A stretch of 64,000 nucleotides of DNA from Mobula hypostoma (lineage: Eukaryota), in assembly GCF_963921235.1 (NCBI RefSeq), contig NC_086108.1:86430001-86494000 (forward strand), written 5' to 3'. The first letter of the stretch is position 1, and the number at the start of each line of letters is the position of its first letter. Shown here piece by piece: positions 24,510-35,513 of the stretch. Position numbers and translations under genes: made by a program. The notes beneath the pieces are model-generated. The model ran no database searches. It was not told the origin of the DNA and saw only the letters and a program-made list of their open reading frames with translations.

Positions 24510-27500
24510 ACCACAACACATAGGAGCAGTACTAGGCCATTCAGCCCATCAGGTCTGCACTGCCATTCCATCATGGCTGACCTTTATTCCTTCTCAACCC
24601 CATTCTTCTGCCTTCTCTCTGTAACCTTTGATGCCCTAATTAATCAAGAAACTATCAACCTCTGGCTTAAATATACCAATTGACTTGGCCTCTTCGCCCA
24701 TCAGTGGCAATGAATTCCACAGATTCACAAGATCACAAGACAAAGGAGCAGAAGTAGGGCATTTGGCCCATCGAGTCTGCTCCACCACTCCACCATGAGA
24801 TAAACTACTCTCCCATCTAGTTCCAATTTCCGGCTTTTTCCCCATATCCCTTGATACCCTGACTAATTAGATACCTATCAATCTCCTCCTTAAACACCTT
24901 CAATGATCGGGCCTCCACAGCTGTATGTGGCAATGAATTCCATAAATCCACGGCCCTCTGGCTAAAAAAAATTCTCCTCATCGTTTTTTTAAATGGGTAC
25001 CCTCTAATTCTAAGACTGTGGCCTCTTGTCCTGGACTCACCCACCAAGGGAAACAGCCTTTCCACATCTACTCTATCCAACCCTTTCAACATTCGAAATG
25101 TTTCTATGAGATCCCCCCTCATTCTTCTATACTCTAATGAATACAGTCTAAGAGCCGACAAACGCTCCTCATATGTTAGCCCCTGCATTCCAGGAATCAT
25201 CCTCGTAAATCTTCTCTGAACTCTCTCCAACATCAGAACATCCCTTCTAAGATAGGGGGCCCAAAACTGCACACAGTATTCCAAATGAGGTCTAACTAGT
25301 GCCCCATAGAGCCTCATCAACACTTCCTTACTCTTCCTTGAAATGAATGCCAACATAGCATTCGTTTTCCTTACTGCCGATCAAACCTGGTGGTTAACCT
25401 TTAGGGTATCCTGCACGAGGACCCCCAAGTCCCTTTGCACTTCCGATTTTTGAATTTTCTCCCGATCTAAATAATAATCTGCCTGATTGTTTTTCTTTCA
25501 AAAAGTACAACCATACATTTCTCAACATTGTATCTCATCTGCCATTTCTTTGCCCACTCTCCTAAATTGACCAAGTCTCTCTGCAACCTTTCCGTTTCTT
25601 CAACACTTCCTGCTCCTCCACTTATCTTGGTGTCATCCACAAACTTAGCCACAAGACCATTTAATCCAAAATCTAAATCGTAGATATACATTGTAAAAAG
25701 AAGCGGCTCCAACACCAACCCCTGCAGAACACCACTAGTAACCGGCAACCAATCAGAATAGGATCCCTTTATTCCCACCCTTTGCTTTCTGCTTATCAGC
25801 CAATGCTTCACCCATTCCAATATCTTTCCTGTAATTCCATGGGCTCTCATCTTATTAAGCAGCCTTTTATGCAGTACCTTATCGAAGGCCTTTTGAAAAT
25901 CCAAATACACAACATCCACAACCTCCCCTTGTCAATCTTATTTGAGATTACCTCAAAAAATTCCAAAACGTTGGTGAGACAGGATCTTCCCTTCATGAAA
26001 CCACGCTGGCTTCGGCCTATCTTGTCATGCACCTCGAGGTATTTCATAACCTCGTCCTTGAGGATCGTCTCTAATAACTTTCCAACTACCGATGTCGGAT
26101 TAATAGGTCTGTAATTTTCTTTTTGCTGCCTCCTTCCTTTCTTAAACAGCGGAACTACATTTGCAACCTTCCAGTCCTCCAGAACCATGCCAGAGTCTAT
26201 TGATTCCTGGAAGATCATTTCCAATGCCTCCACAATCTCCAAAGCCACCTCCTTCAGAACCCATAGGTGCACCTCATCCGGTCCGAGAGACTTATCTATT
26301 CTTAGTTCATTTAGCTTCCCAAGCTCTTTCTCTTTAGTAATCTTGACTGCACATAATTTAATTCCCAGGGACCTCTGGCTGTCAGGAATGTTGCTAGTGT
26401 CTTCCACTGTGAAGACTGATGCAAAATACTCATTTAGTTCCTCTGCCATTTCTTTGTTACCCATTATAATTTCTCCAGCATCATTTTCAATCAGTCCTAT
26501 ATCTACCCGTGTCACTCTTTTACTCTTCATATATTTAAAAAAACTCTTAGTATCCTTTATGTTAATTGCCAACTTCCTTTCATAATTCATCTTTCCTTTC
26601 CTAATGACTTTCTTAGTTTCCTTCTGTAAGTTTTCAAAAGTCGTCCATTCCTCATTTTTCCCACTAATTTTTGCTTCCTTGTACGGCATCTCTTTTGCTT
26701 TTATTTTTGCCTTAACCTCTCTCGTTAGCCACATTTGTGCTATTTTTCGATTTATGATTTTCTTTTTTCTTGGAATATATTTTTCCTGCACTTTCCTTAT
26801 TTCTTGTAGGAATTTCATCCAATTCTGCTCTACCATCCCTCCATCTAGCTTACTTTTCCAATCTACTTGGGCCAGTTCCTCTCTCATATCACTGCAATTT
26901 CCTTTGTTCCACTGAAACAGCGATACACCTGATACCAGCTTCTCCTTTTCAAATTTGAAACTGAACTCAATCATATTATGATAACTACTTCCAAGGAGTT
27001 CCATTACCTCCAGCTCCCTAATCGCCTCAGGTTCGTTACACAGCACCCAATCCAAAACAACCGATCCCTTGGTGGGCTTATGGACAAGCTGCTCCAAAAA
27101 GCCATCCTGTAGGCATTCTACAAACTCCCTCTCCTGAGATCCATTACCTTCCTGACTTTCCCAATCCACTTTCATATTAAAATCCTCCGTAATTATCTTG
27201 ACATTTTCCTTCTGACATGCTTTTTCTATTTCCAGCTGTAATTTGTAGTCCACATCCCGGCTGCTGTTTGGAGGCCTGTATATAACTGCTATTAGTGTCT
27301 TTTTACCCTTGCCATTTCTTAACTCGACCCATAAGGATTCTACCTCTTCTGATCCTCTGTCCCTTCTTTATGCTTACCATCAGGGCCACGCCACCCCCCT
27401 TACCTACCTCCCTATCTTTCCTATACACTGTGTATCCTGGGATATTCAGCTCCCAATCACATCCATCATTTAGCCATGATTCGGTGATGGCCACAATGTC

Positions 27501-28190
27501 ATATCTTTTAACCTGTTGCTGTACAACAAGGTCATCCACTTTATTTCTAATGTTGCATGCATTTAAGTACAGTACATTTAGATCAGTGCCTGTTACCGAT
27601 TTTACTATATTTCTATCGCACAGCAAATTATCCTGTCTATTCACCTGCCTGTCCTTCTTGCCATCTTTGCTGCACAGTATCTTTGACTTAGTTCTATTTT
27701 CCTCTTCCTCGACACTAACACCCTGGTTTCCTTCCCCTTGCCAACTTAGTTTAAACCCTCCCTAGCAGCTATAATATACAATCCCGCCTGGATATTAGTG
27801 CCCTTTGAGTTCAGGTGTAACCCATCTGGCTAAATAAATTCCTTTTCATCTCCATTCTAAAAGTATGCTCCCCTGTTCCGAGTTTACGCCCTCTGGTCTC
27901 CCCTCCCCTACTATAGGAAACATTCTCTTCACAACCATTCTATCTAGGCCTTTCAATATTCAATACTTTTCAATGAGATTCCCCCTCATTCTTCCAAACT
28001 TCAGTGAGTACAGGCCCAGAGCCATCAAACACTCCTCATATGTTAACCATTTCATTCCTGGGATCATTCTCATGAATCTCCTCTGCACTTGCTCCAATGT
28101 CAACACATCCTTTCTTAGATAAGGGATCAAAAACAACCCACAATACGTCAAGTGCAGTCCAACCAATACCTTATTACATTCTTGCTTTTG
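24510..28190 (-). mobile_element. Nested CR1s: a near-complete ORF2 copy (about 24726-27822; APE and RT, frameshifted) inside the 3' end of an older CR1
   Basis: ORFs 27303-27644 (YLNACNIRNK..IVAITESWL), 25847-27253, 25467-25919 and 24817-25356; the outer CR1 at 24510-24727 resumes at about 27823. Confidence 0.92.
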
Positions 28191-30091
28191 ATTCCTGGCC
28201 TTGAGCATGTAGATTGTTTTATGGAATTAACCAAACTGCCATCAATTCATTATCCTGCCAGCGAATATGGAGGATTTCACTGAGGGAACATTTACGTCAT
28301 TGTTCCGGTGCCTTGAGGTGTCTTCTGTAGGCAGACCATGTCTGTGAAGCATATATGAGGACAAGAATTACTGCTGCCCAGTGGAACATAACGTTGATGC
28401 CAGGTCTGATGTCTTAATCTTCAAATGACCATTTCCTCCACTGACTGAAGACTGTCGGCACATTGAAAATAATGCATTCTCATTCATCATCAGTGACTTA
28501 CCTAGACAAGTGGAGTGGTAAGTGGTCCAGGTTTTCCGAGGACTCTTTGTGAACTTCTATCGTTGAAGAGCAGTGTGATGTAGAATGGACTGTTTGGCAG
28601 ATGTTAAGTGTAAATCAACTCAAGCTCTGCAGAGAGCAAGGAACAATGTTTTGGAGCTCAGCTTCCTAGTATGTGAAGATGCAAACATTGCAAGCATTAG
28701 TTCTAAATATCGACCTCACCTCCAATGCAGCATTGAAGTCAAAAATACTTAGAAGTGTTCGGGTGACGATACAACCTTGTTTGGTGTCACTCTTCATTGA
28801 TACTGCTCTGTTGTGGACGCTTTGGTTCAGTGATTCCCAAAGTAGGTGGGGGAGCCAAGGGATTACAGGCGTAATTTAAGAAATGGATTACTTATTATAA
28901 GCATTTGATCCTCAGTGCCTCATAATTAATTACAATGATCACAGAATCACTTCATCTCTTGCTAACCCACCATTCTATTAGAGTGCATTATAGTTGTTGA
29001 AAAACAATGTGATGTTTCCCTATTTGGCATGCCATGAGAAATCTAGACTGAAGAAATTTCTGGGCCTAGCCCATACATTATTGCCATTTACCTACTGTAG
29101 TATAATGTTAGCTACTACAATTCCCATACCCTAATCATGCAGTGATGAAATGCCTATGAATTAGGGTTATGGTGTTCAATATGGTAGAAGGTCAGAATGC
29201 ACCCTTTTGTATGCTCGTGACTGCATTTCTCTAGCCCATGGGCCAACTGAGATATCGCTGCCCCACTTTGTGTTCCTTCAGGCATAGCCAGGTTTTGCCT
29301 GAGCTATGATGATGTCATACCTTTCCACTTCATCGATTACAGCACTTGAGGTTGGACTTAATAGGCGATTGACCATGGTCGCTAATCCATAACAAAATGG
29401 CAGAAGCAGACCAAATGAAAAAGAAATGTAGACAATATAGTGTGGAGTATCTGAAATATGGATTTATACCAGCAACAAGCAACCAACAGCAGCCAATGTG
29501 TCTGTTGTGTGAAACAGATTTTTCAAATGCAGCAATGAAACCATCCGAATGTTCAAATACTCCTTGAACATTTCAAGAGAATATTTTGATAAAGCAAGCA
29601 AGAACTTGGCTTATTTCTAACCACTTCATGAAAACTTTCAGAAATGGAAACACTTCAAGCATGTTTGCCATCACTTCACAGCAAAACAGTGATGGTTTGG
29701 GTGCTTCATACAGCATTTCTGTGCCCATTGTTAAATCTAGAAAGCCTCATATAATTGCAGAACTGATTCTGCCAGCAGTGAAGAAGGTACTATGGTTTTG
29801 TGTAAGTCACCAGACCAAACAATTAAAGTGATTCTGCTCAGCGACAATGTTGTTCAAAGATGCATAGATGAAATGTCTGAGAATGCAGAAAGAAACATTG
29901 TGCAACATACTTTGGACAACAGAATTTGCACTGTAGTTGCATGAGTCAACTTCGCCAGGCAATGAATCTTTGCTTCTTGGTTAGTTCACTTCATAAAAAA
30001 TAAAAGCACGTTTCAAAATTGTTATTTGCAAAGCGGCTATATGTCTGCTGCATGCAGTATGGCTGCATTCCAAAAGGCATCCTCTGCAGTG

Positions 30092-30926
30092 ACACACATC
30101 AAAGTTGCTGGTGAACGCAGCAGGCCAGGCAGCATCTCTAGGAAGAGGTACAGTCGACGAGACCCTTCGTCAGGACTAACTGAAGGAAGAGCTAGTAAGA
30201 GGTTTGAAAGTGGGAGGGGAAGGGGGAGATCCAAAATGATAGGAGAAGACAGGAGGGGGAGGGATGGAGCCAAGATTGAACACCTACGCTCTGTTTGCCA
30301 GAGAAAGCAGGATCTCCCAATGGGCACACATTATAATTCCACATCCCATTCCCATTCTGATATGTCTATCCACAGCCTCCTCTACTGTAAAGATGAAGCC
30401 ACGCTCAGGTTGGAGGAACAACACCTTATATTCCGTCTGGGTAACCTCCAACCTGATAGCATGAACATTGACTTCTCTAACATCCGCCAATGCCCCACCT
30501 CCCCCTCGTACACCATCCATTATTTATTTATATATACACATTTTCTCTCTCCTTTTTCTCTCTCTGTCCCTCTGACTATACCACTTGCCCATCCTCTGGG
30601 TTTCCCCCCCTCCCCCTTTTCCTTCTCCCTGGGCCTCCTGTCCCATGATCCTCTCATATCCCTTTTGCCAATCACCTGTCCAGCTCTTGGCTCCATCCCT
30701 CCCCCTCCTGTCTTCTCCTATCATTTTGGATCTCCCCCTCCCCCTCCCACTGTCAAATCTCTTACTAACTCTTCCTTCACTTAGTCCTGACAAAGGGTCT
30801 CGGCCTGAAACGTTGACTGCACCTCTTCCTACAGATGCTGCCTGGCCTGCTGCGTTCACCAGCAACTTTGATGTGTGTTGCTTGAATTTCCAGCATCTGC
30901 AGAATTCCTGGTGTTTACGTTTTTAA
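30092..30926 (+). mobile_element. Penelope-like element: GIY-YIG C-terminus and pLTR, preceded by an inverted partial pLTR
   Basis: EHLRSV..HYNSTSHSHSDM..LEEQHLIFRLGNLQPDSMNIDF; inverted repeat 30092-30275 with 30685-30878; flanking 14-bp duplication ATCCTCT(G/A)CAGTGA at 30079 and 30927. Confidence 0.88.
30785..30817 (+). ncRNA. Degenerate minimal hammerhead ribozyme motif of the Penelope pLTR
   Basis: CTGACAA (consensus CTGANGA), short stem, GAAAC; the inverted copy at about 30155-30176 keeps CTGACGA but lacks GAAA. Confidence 0.6.
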
Positions 30927-32954
30927 ATCCTCTACAGTGAGCTGCTTCAGGCAAGTGAACAATGGATGCCCGTGATTGTACTTCAAGGACGTCTACAAGC
31001 AGGACATAAAGGCGCCGGACATTAATACTGAGTCCTGGGATTCCTGGACTGCAACAGGTGGAGAAGCCCTGAAATAACATCCTAAGTCAGGCAAATAAAA
31101 TTCCTTGAAGTGGCAGAAGACAAAAGGGCTCATACAAAGGAATGCTGTCACTCCAGCAGAGCTGAGCCTACTTTTCGATGTGACTTTTGCAACAAAGGCT
31201 GCCATTCTAGCACTGGCCTCATCAGCCACAGATGGCTCTGCACCAACAATATAGACAGCTAGGACACAACATCCACGATCAACCTCGACTAATGGAGGGC
31301 CAACAATTAAGAAAAATATACGACGGGGAGTCAATATTTCAGATTGTTAAGCAATTTTTCAAAGTAAAGGACATTCCGCTGACAGACATTCTTGTATGTG
31401 CAACTGATGGGCACCACCAATGTAAGGACACCACTATGGGGTTATTACTTTCTTGAAAAAAGCTGTATCCAACATATTTACCATTCACTGTGCAATTCAC
31501 AGACAACATCTTGTTGCTAAAAACCTAAAAGATTGGCTGCATAAACCATTAAATACTGTTATCACAGCGGTAAATAAAATCAAGAATCATGCTCTCAGTT
31601 CTTGATTATTTTGAGTGCTTTGTATTGAGAATGAAGAACAGTTTGAATGCTTGATGTTACACACAGAAGTCAGGTGACTCTCAAAAGGAGACTGTCTGAG
31701 CTGCTTTTATGCACTTTTTGAAATTGTGATAAAATTCATTGAAGACTTAAGTGTCTCATTCAGTAATCTTCTCAAGAATATTAGGCATGACATTGCCTAT
31801 TTGTCAGAATTATTCACAAAATTTAATGAAATCAATCTTCAATTGCAAGGAAATGATATGAATCTTATCAAAATCAAATCCAATACTTCCACATTTCTGT
31901 CCATGTTAACCCTATTTAAGTGCAACTTTGGTCATCATGACCTTTTCCAATTTCCAATCCTCTCTAAATTGGAAGAGAAAGAATGAATGCCAGATGATGA
32001 TCTTCAAGGTATACTGTGCCCACCAAAGTGAGCTGCATAAAGACATGTCAGAGAGATTGCAGGATCTTCGCTCAATACAAATTCCAACTTGGTAATAAGT
32101 CCATTCCTGAACACTTGTGATGAGCAATTAACAAGAAGGATGGAGGAGAAACTGACCTCACTACAAAATGACTTTGACATTAAGCCAAGAAAAACATATC
32201 AAAACTTTTGGTTGCAGAAAGAAACCTCTGAACGTTATCTTGCACCACAGAAAGGCCAAGATGTCTTTTCCAACATCATATTGGAATGGTGGAGTGATGC
32301 TTCAGTGTAGTTGATCAATTTCTTTCCAAGCAATAAAACAGACTACACATTACTGGATGTGAGGATCTGTGACCCCTTCTGTGAGGCATCCAGCCAGACA
32401 TTGGGAAGCTGATATCGCTGCACCAATCTCATCCACCTCATTGAAAGGTGAAAAACAATGAAGCAGTGAATAGTTGGACAACTAATGTACACTCTAAAAT
32501 TGTTGATGAAAATTGTCCTATTTTATTTCACTACATACGGTAGATCAAAATTCCTTATGTATAATGGCCAAAAAGGGAGCAGGGAGCACTACGGATCTGT
32601 TCTGAGATCCAAGGGGGCAGTAACCTTAAAAAGGTTGGGAACCACTGATTTGGTTAATATCATGTGTGGCATGCTGTCCTTGAGCTTATATAAGACAAAA
32701 ATCAACTTGAGTGGAAAATCAAAGTTAAAGTGTGTGTTGCATAGTGCCTCCTGATTGAAGGAATTAAAGAGAGGTCCAGAGTTGTAATGAAGTCCTAAGT
32801 TGAGAAGGCTGTATTCCTTCTCTAAAATAACTACAGTTTGGCTCTAGGTAGCATTCTCACTGAAGCCCTAATTCTCTGCAGAGAAGAGCTTTGGTCGTAA
32901 CGTGCAATCTTATTGTCCATTTCACAGATATGACATAGTCAAAAATAACTTTAC

Positions 32955-33062
32955 GAAAGGAGGCTAGATTGACTACAGAGTGGTCTCCCACTGTCTACCA
33001 AAGGGAACGTCATCACTCGGGTCCCCTCAAATATTTTATCCCAGTGGCTGAAGAGGCACATC
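32955..33062 (-). CDS. Candidate internal exon (108 nt, phase 2-2) of an unidentified host gene
   Basis: gtttctgtactgtgtttcAG acceptor, GTAAAG donor, a single open frame MCLFSHWDKIFEGTRVMTFPLVDSGRPLCSQSSLL in sequence not recognised as a repeat. Confidence 0.3.
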
Positions 33063-33869
33063 CTGAAACACAGTACAGAAACTGTTTGTTCTGATATTGA
33101 GTAAGTAACACAGAGGTTAGAGCTGCAGATGTAAAATGCTTTTATTCGGAATGACAAGTAGGTATTCTGGAAGGATCCTCCTCTGTGAATCTCTGAAGAT
33201 TCTCAAAGGTGATTTGAGGTTTTATAATCTTAAATTCTTTGTCTTCAACTTGGGATTTTGAAATCAAAATATTATAATGTGAAAGGCATGGGGGTATCAT
33301 CACAGAAGATGATACTATGTATATTATACCAAATGATATACCACTTTTCCAGTTATTCATTCGCCTGCACTGAATGTTCTTTCCCATCAATAAAATGCAG
33401 AACTGAAATTGAGGTTGACTGATTAGGCATTTGCATTAACAAGAGGCATACAGGTATACCTAATAAAGTGGTCACTGAGTGTAGAATTATCTGATTGGAC
33501 TGGCCAGGGTGATCAGATAAATTTTTCTTTCCTTGGCCTGCAGGACACTTTTACAAAGAGACAACAAATTGGTGTCTGGGAAGAGGTTGACACCAGCTTC
33601 TTTTATTCTATTAAATATTAAATGTAAATTAGAATATTGGATTCATTCTCTGGCCTGACACATACCACTCAGGATAATATGCAACCAGTGAACCGTAAAA
33701 TGCAGCAGTCAATATTAAATAAAATTAACAATGTTTGGGATTGGGGTTAATTCTCCTGAGACATGGGCAAAGTTATTTTACGGAGAGTAAATGAGTTAGG
33801 GGACAAGTTAGAAGCATTCTAGAAAGAAGACAATAAAGATCTCACAGGTTCAATATTATTTTAATTTTC

Positions 33870-34790
33870 ATTACATTCCATGGCCATTTTATTAGGTACA
33901 CCTGTATACCTACTCAATAGTGCAAATATCTAATTAGCCAATCATGTGGCAGCAACTCAATGCATAAAATCATGCAGACTGTACTGCCCTTGCTGAAGTA
34001 TTGTAACATCAATTGGACAGTCATCTGAACTGCATTCGAAGTTGACATGAGAGTCAGGGTGTAGCCTCCTAGCTCTTTGGTGTTATTGCAAAATCAATGG
34101 CATAACCTAGTAAATAAGGAGTGAGAACGCAACACTTCTGCTGTGGAGACCACAGAATAGCTTTGGATAGAAACTATTTTCACTCCTAATCTAAACCTGT
34201 CATACTGCCAGCCAATGCGCTTTTCTACTTATGACTTCCTGGCTGCACAGGATTAGAATCTGCTCATTAAAATAAAAGCCGAATGTGCTTAATCACATTG
34301 AAAAACAAACCAATTGTCTGAAGGGCAGACACAGACATTGCCAAGAGGTTCAGTTGTTGTTGGAACCAAACATCAGAACAAGGAAGATATGTAATCTAAG
34401 TGACTTTGACTGCGTAATGTTGGTGCCATGAAAAATGGTGTGTGTACTTCAGAATATGCTGATCTCACGTAGAATCGTCTCTAGAGTTTACAGAGAATGA
34501 TGTGAAAAACTAAAACAAACACATCCAATGCGCAACAGTTCTGGGGACAAAAATGACCTGTTGATGAGAGAAATCAGAGGAGAATGGCCATATTGGTTCA
34601 TGCTGACAGGAAGGCCACAGCAACTCAAATAACCACGTGTTGCAACAGTGGTGGGCAGAAAAGCATCACTGAATGCAGAACACCTTGAACCTTGAAGTGG
34701 ATGGGCTACAGCAGCAGAAGAGCATGAACATACACTCAATGGCCAAGTTATCAGGTACAGAAGGTACTTAATAAAGTGATTTCCCAGTGC
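33870..34790. mobile_element. Non-autonomous Tc1-like element, decayed and interrupted at about 33980-34330
   Basis: TIR-like TGGCCATTTTATTAGGTAC and GTACTTAATAAAGTGATTTCCCAGTG; a further TIR copy at about 33455-33481. Confidence 0.55.
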
Positions 34791-35348
34791 ATATCTGTCT
34801 ATCTGTAATATGCAATAGTCCCTCTTCCACCAGCTACTAAATTGTCAGATTACCAATCCAGCATTCGGTAACTCCGAGAGAGCTTTCTCAAACCAAATGT
34901 TAGTCAGACTGAATCCTTTGAGAAAATTTGTTCCAGCTGAACCAGGCAATGGTAATCTTGGTCCATTATTTGAGCCCATGATAAATCTTAATCTGCCCAT
35001 CCAAGCTAAGATTGCTTGTGTACAACATTAGCCACCAGTGCTATCTCCTACCTTCTCTAATCTACTGTTGACGCAATTCAGGTTCAGATTCATTTATTTA
35101 TCACATGTACATCGAAGCATACCTGAAATGTATTGTTTGCAATAAAAGCCAACACAATGTAAGGATCTGCTGGGTGCAGTTCAAAATGTCGTCACACATT
35201 CTGGTACAACACAGCATGCCCACCATGTTCGCAGAACAGCTCAAGCAATAACAGCAGTGATGGAGCAACAGCAAAAGAAACTCCTTCCTCCCTCCCACTC
35301 ATGGAGCCTTGCACACACAGACAGACCTCCAACCCCAAGACAAGCTAA

Positions 35349-35513
35349 CTCCGGCCTCCATCCCCAGCATAGGCCATCTCCGGCCTCCATCTCCAGCATA
35401 GGCCTTCTCCGGCCTCCATCCCCAGCACAGGCCATCTCCGGCCTCCATCCCCAGCACAGGCCATCTCCGGCCTCCATCCCCAGCACAGGCCACCTCTGGC
35501 CTCCATGCTCCAG
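35349..35513. repeat. Minisatellite, 29-bp unit, about 5.5 copies
   Basis: GGCCATCTCCGGCCTCCATCCCCAGCACA tandem units starting at 35372, 35401, 35430 and 35459. Confidence 0.9.

Larger units (their letters stand above)
30029..31305 (+). mobile_element. RTE-type LINE 3' fragment inside the hAT, itself split by a Penelope element
   Basis: IPKGIL|..YSEL..FKDVYKQDIKAPDINTESWD, then a zinc-finger-like tail CDFCNKGCHSSTGLISH. Confidence 0.7.
28828..32647 (+). mobile_element. Complete hAT (Buster/Charlie-type) DNA transposon, transposase pseudogene from ATG 29397
   Basis: TIRs CAGTGATTCCCAAAGT and (reverse complement) CAGTGGTTCCCAACCT; 8-bp TSD CTTTGGTT/ATTTGGTT; KKKCRQYSVEYLKYGF..PMCLLC..MKPS (BED finger), CATDG, HCAIHRQHL. 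Confidence 0.9.
28200..32800 (-). mobile_element. Old RTE-type LINE RT relic (28200-28827 and 32648 to about 32800) split by the hAT insertion
   Basis: Minus strand reads ILT|..STTE..KQGCIV..LLSIF and EAELQNIV, degenerate matches to RTE RT motifs, continuing across the hAT TSD. Confidence 0.6.

Noticed and set aside
30026..30865. 252-aa ORF and mirrored ORFs
   Set aside because: Artefacts of the RTE/Penelope junction and the inverted repeat; only the GIY-YIG tail is real coding remnant
35349..35513. CRISPR-like array or repeat protein
   Set aside because: Head-to-tail tandem units with no spacers, no cas genes, eukaryotic context
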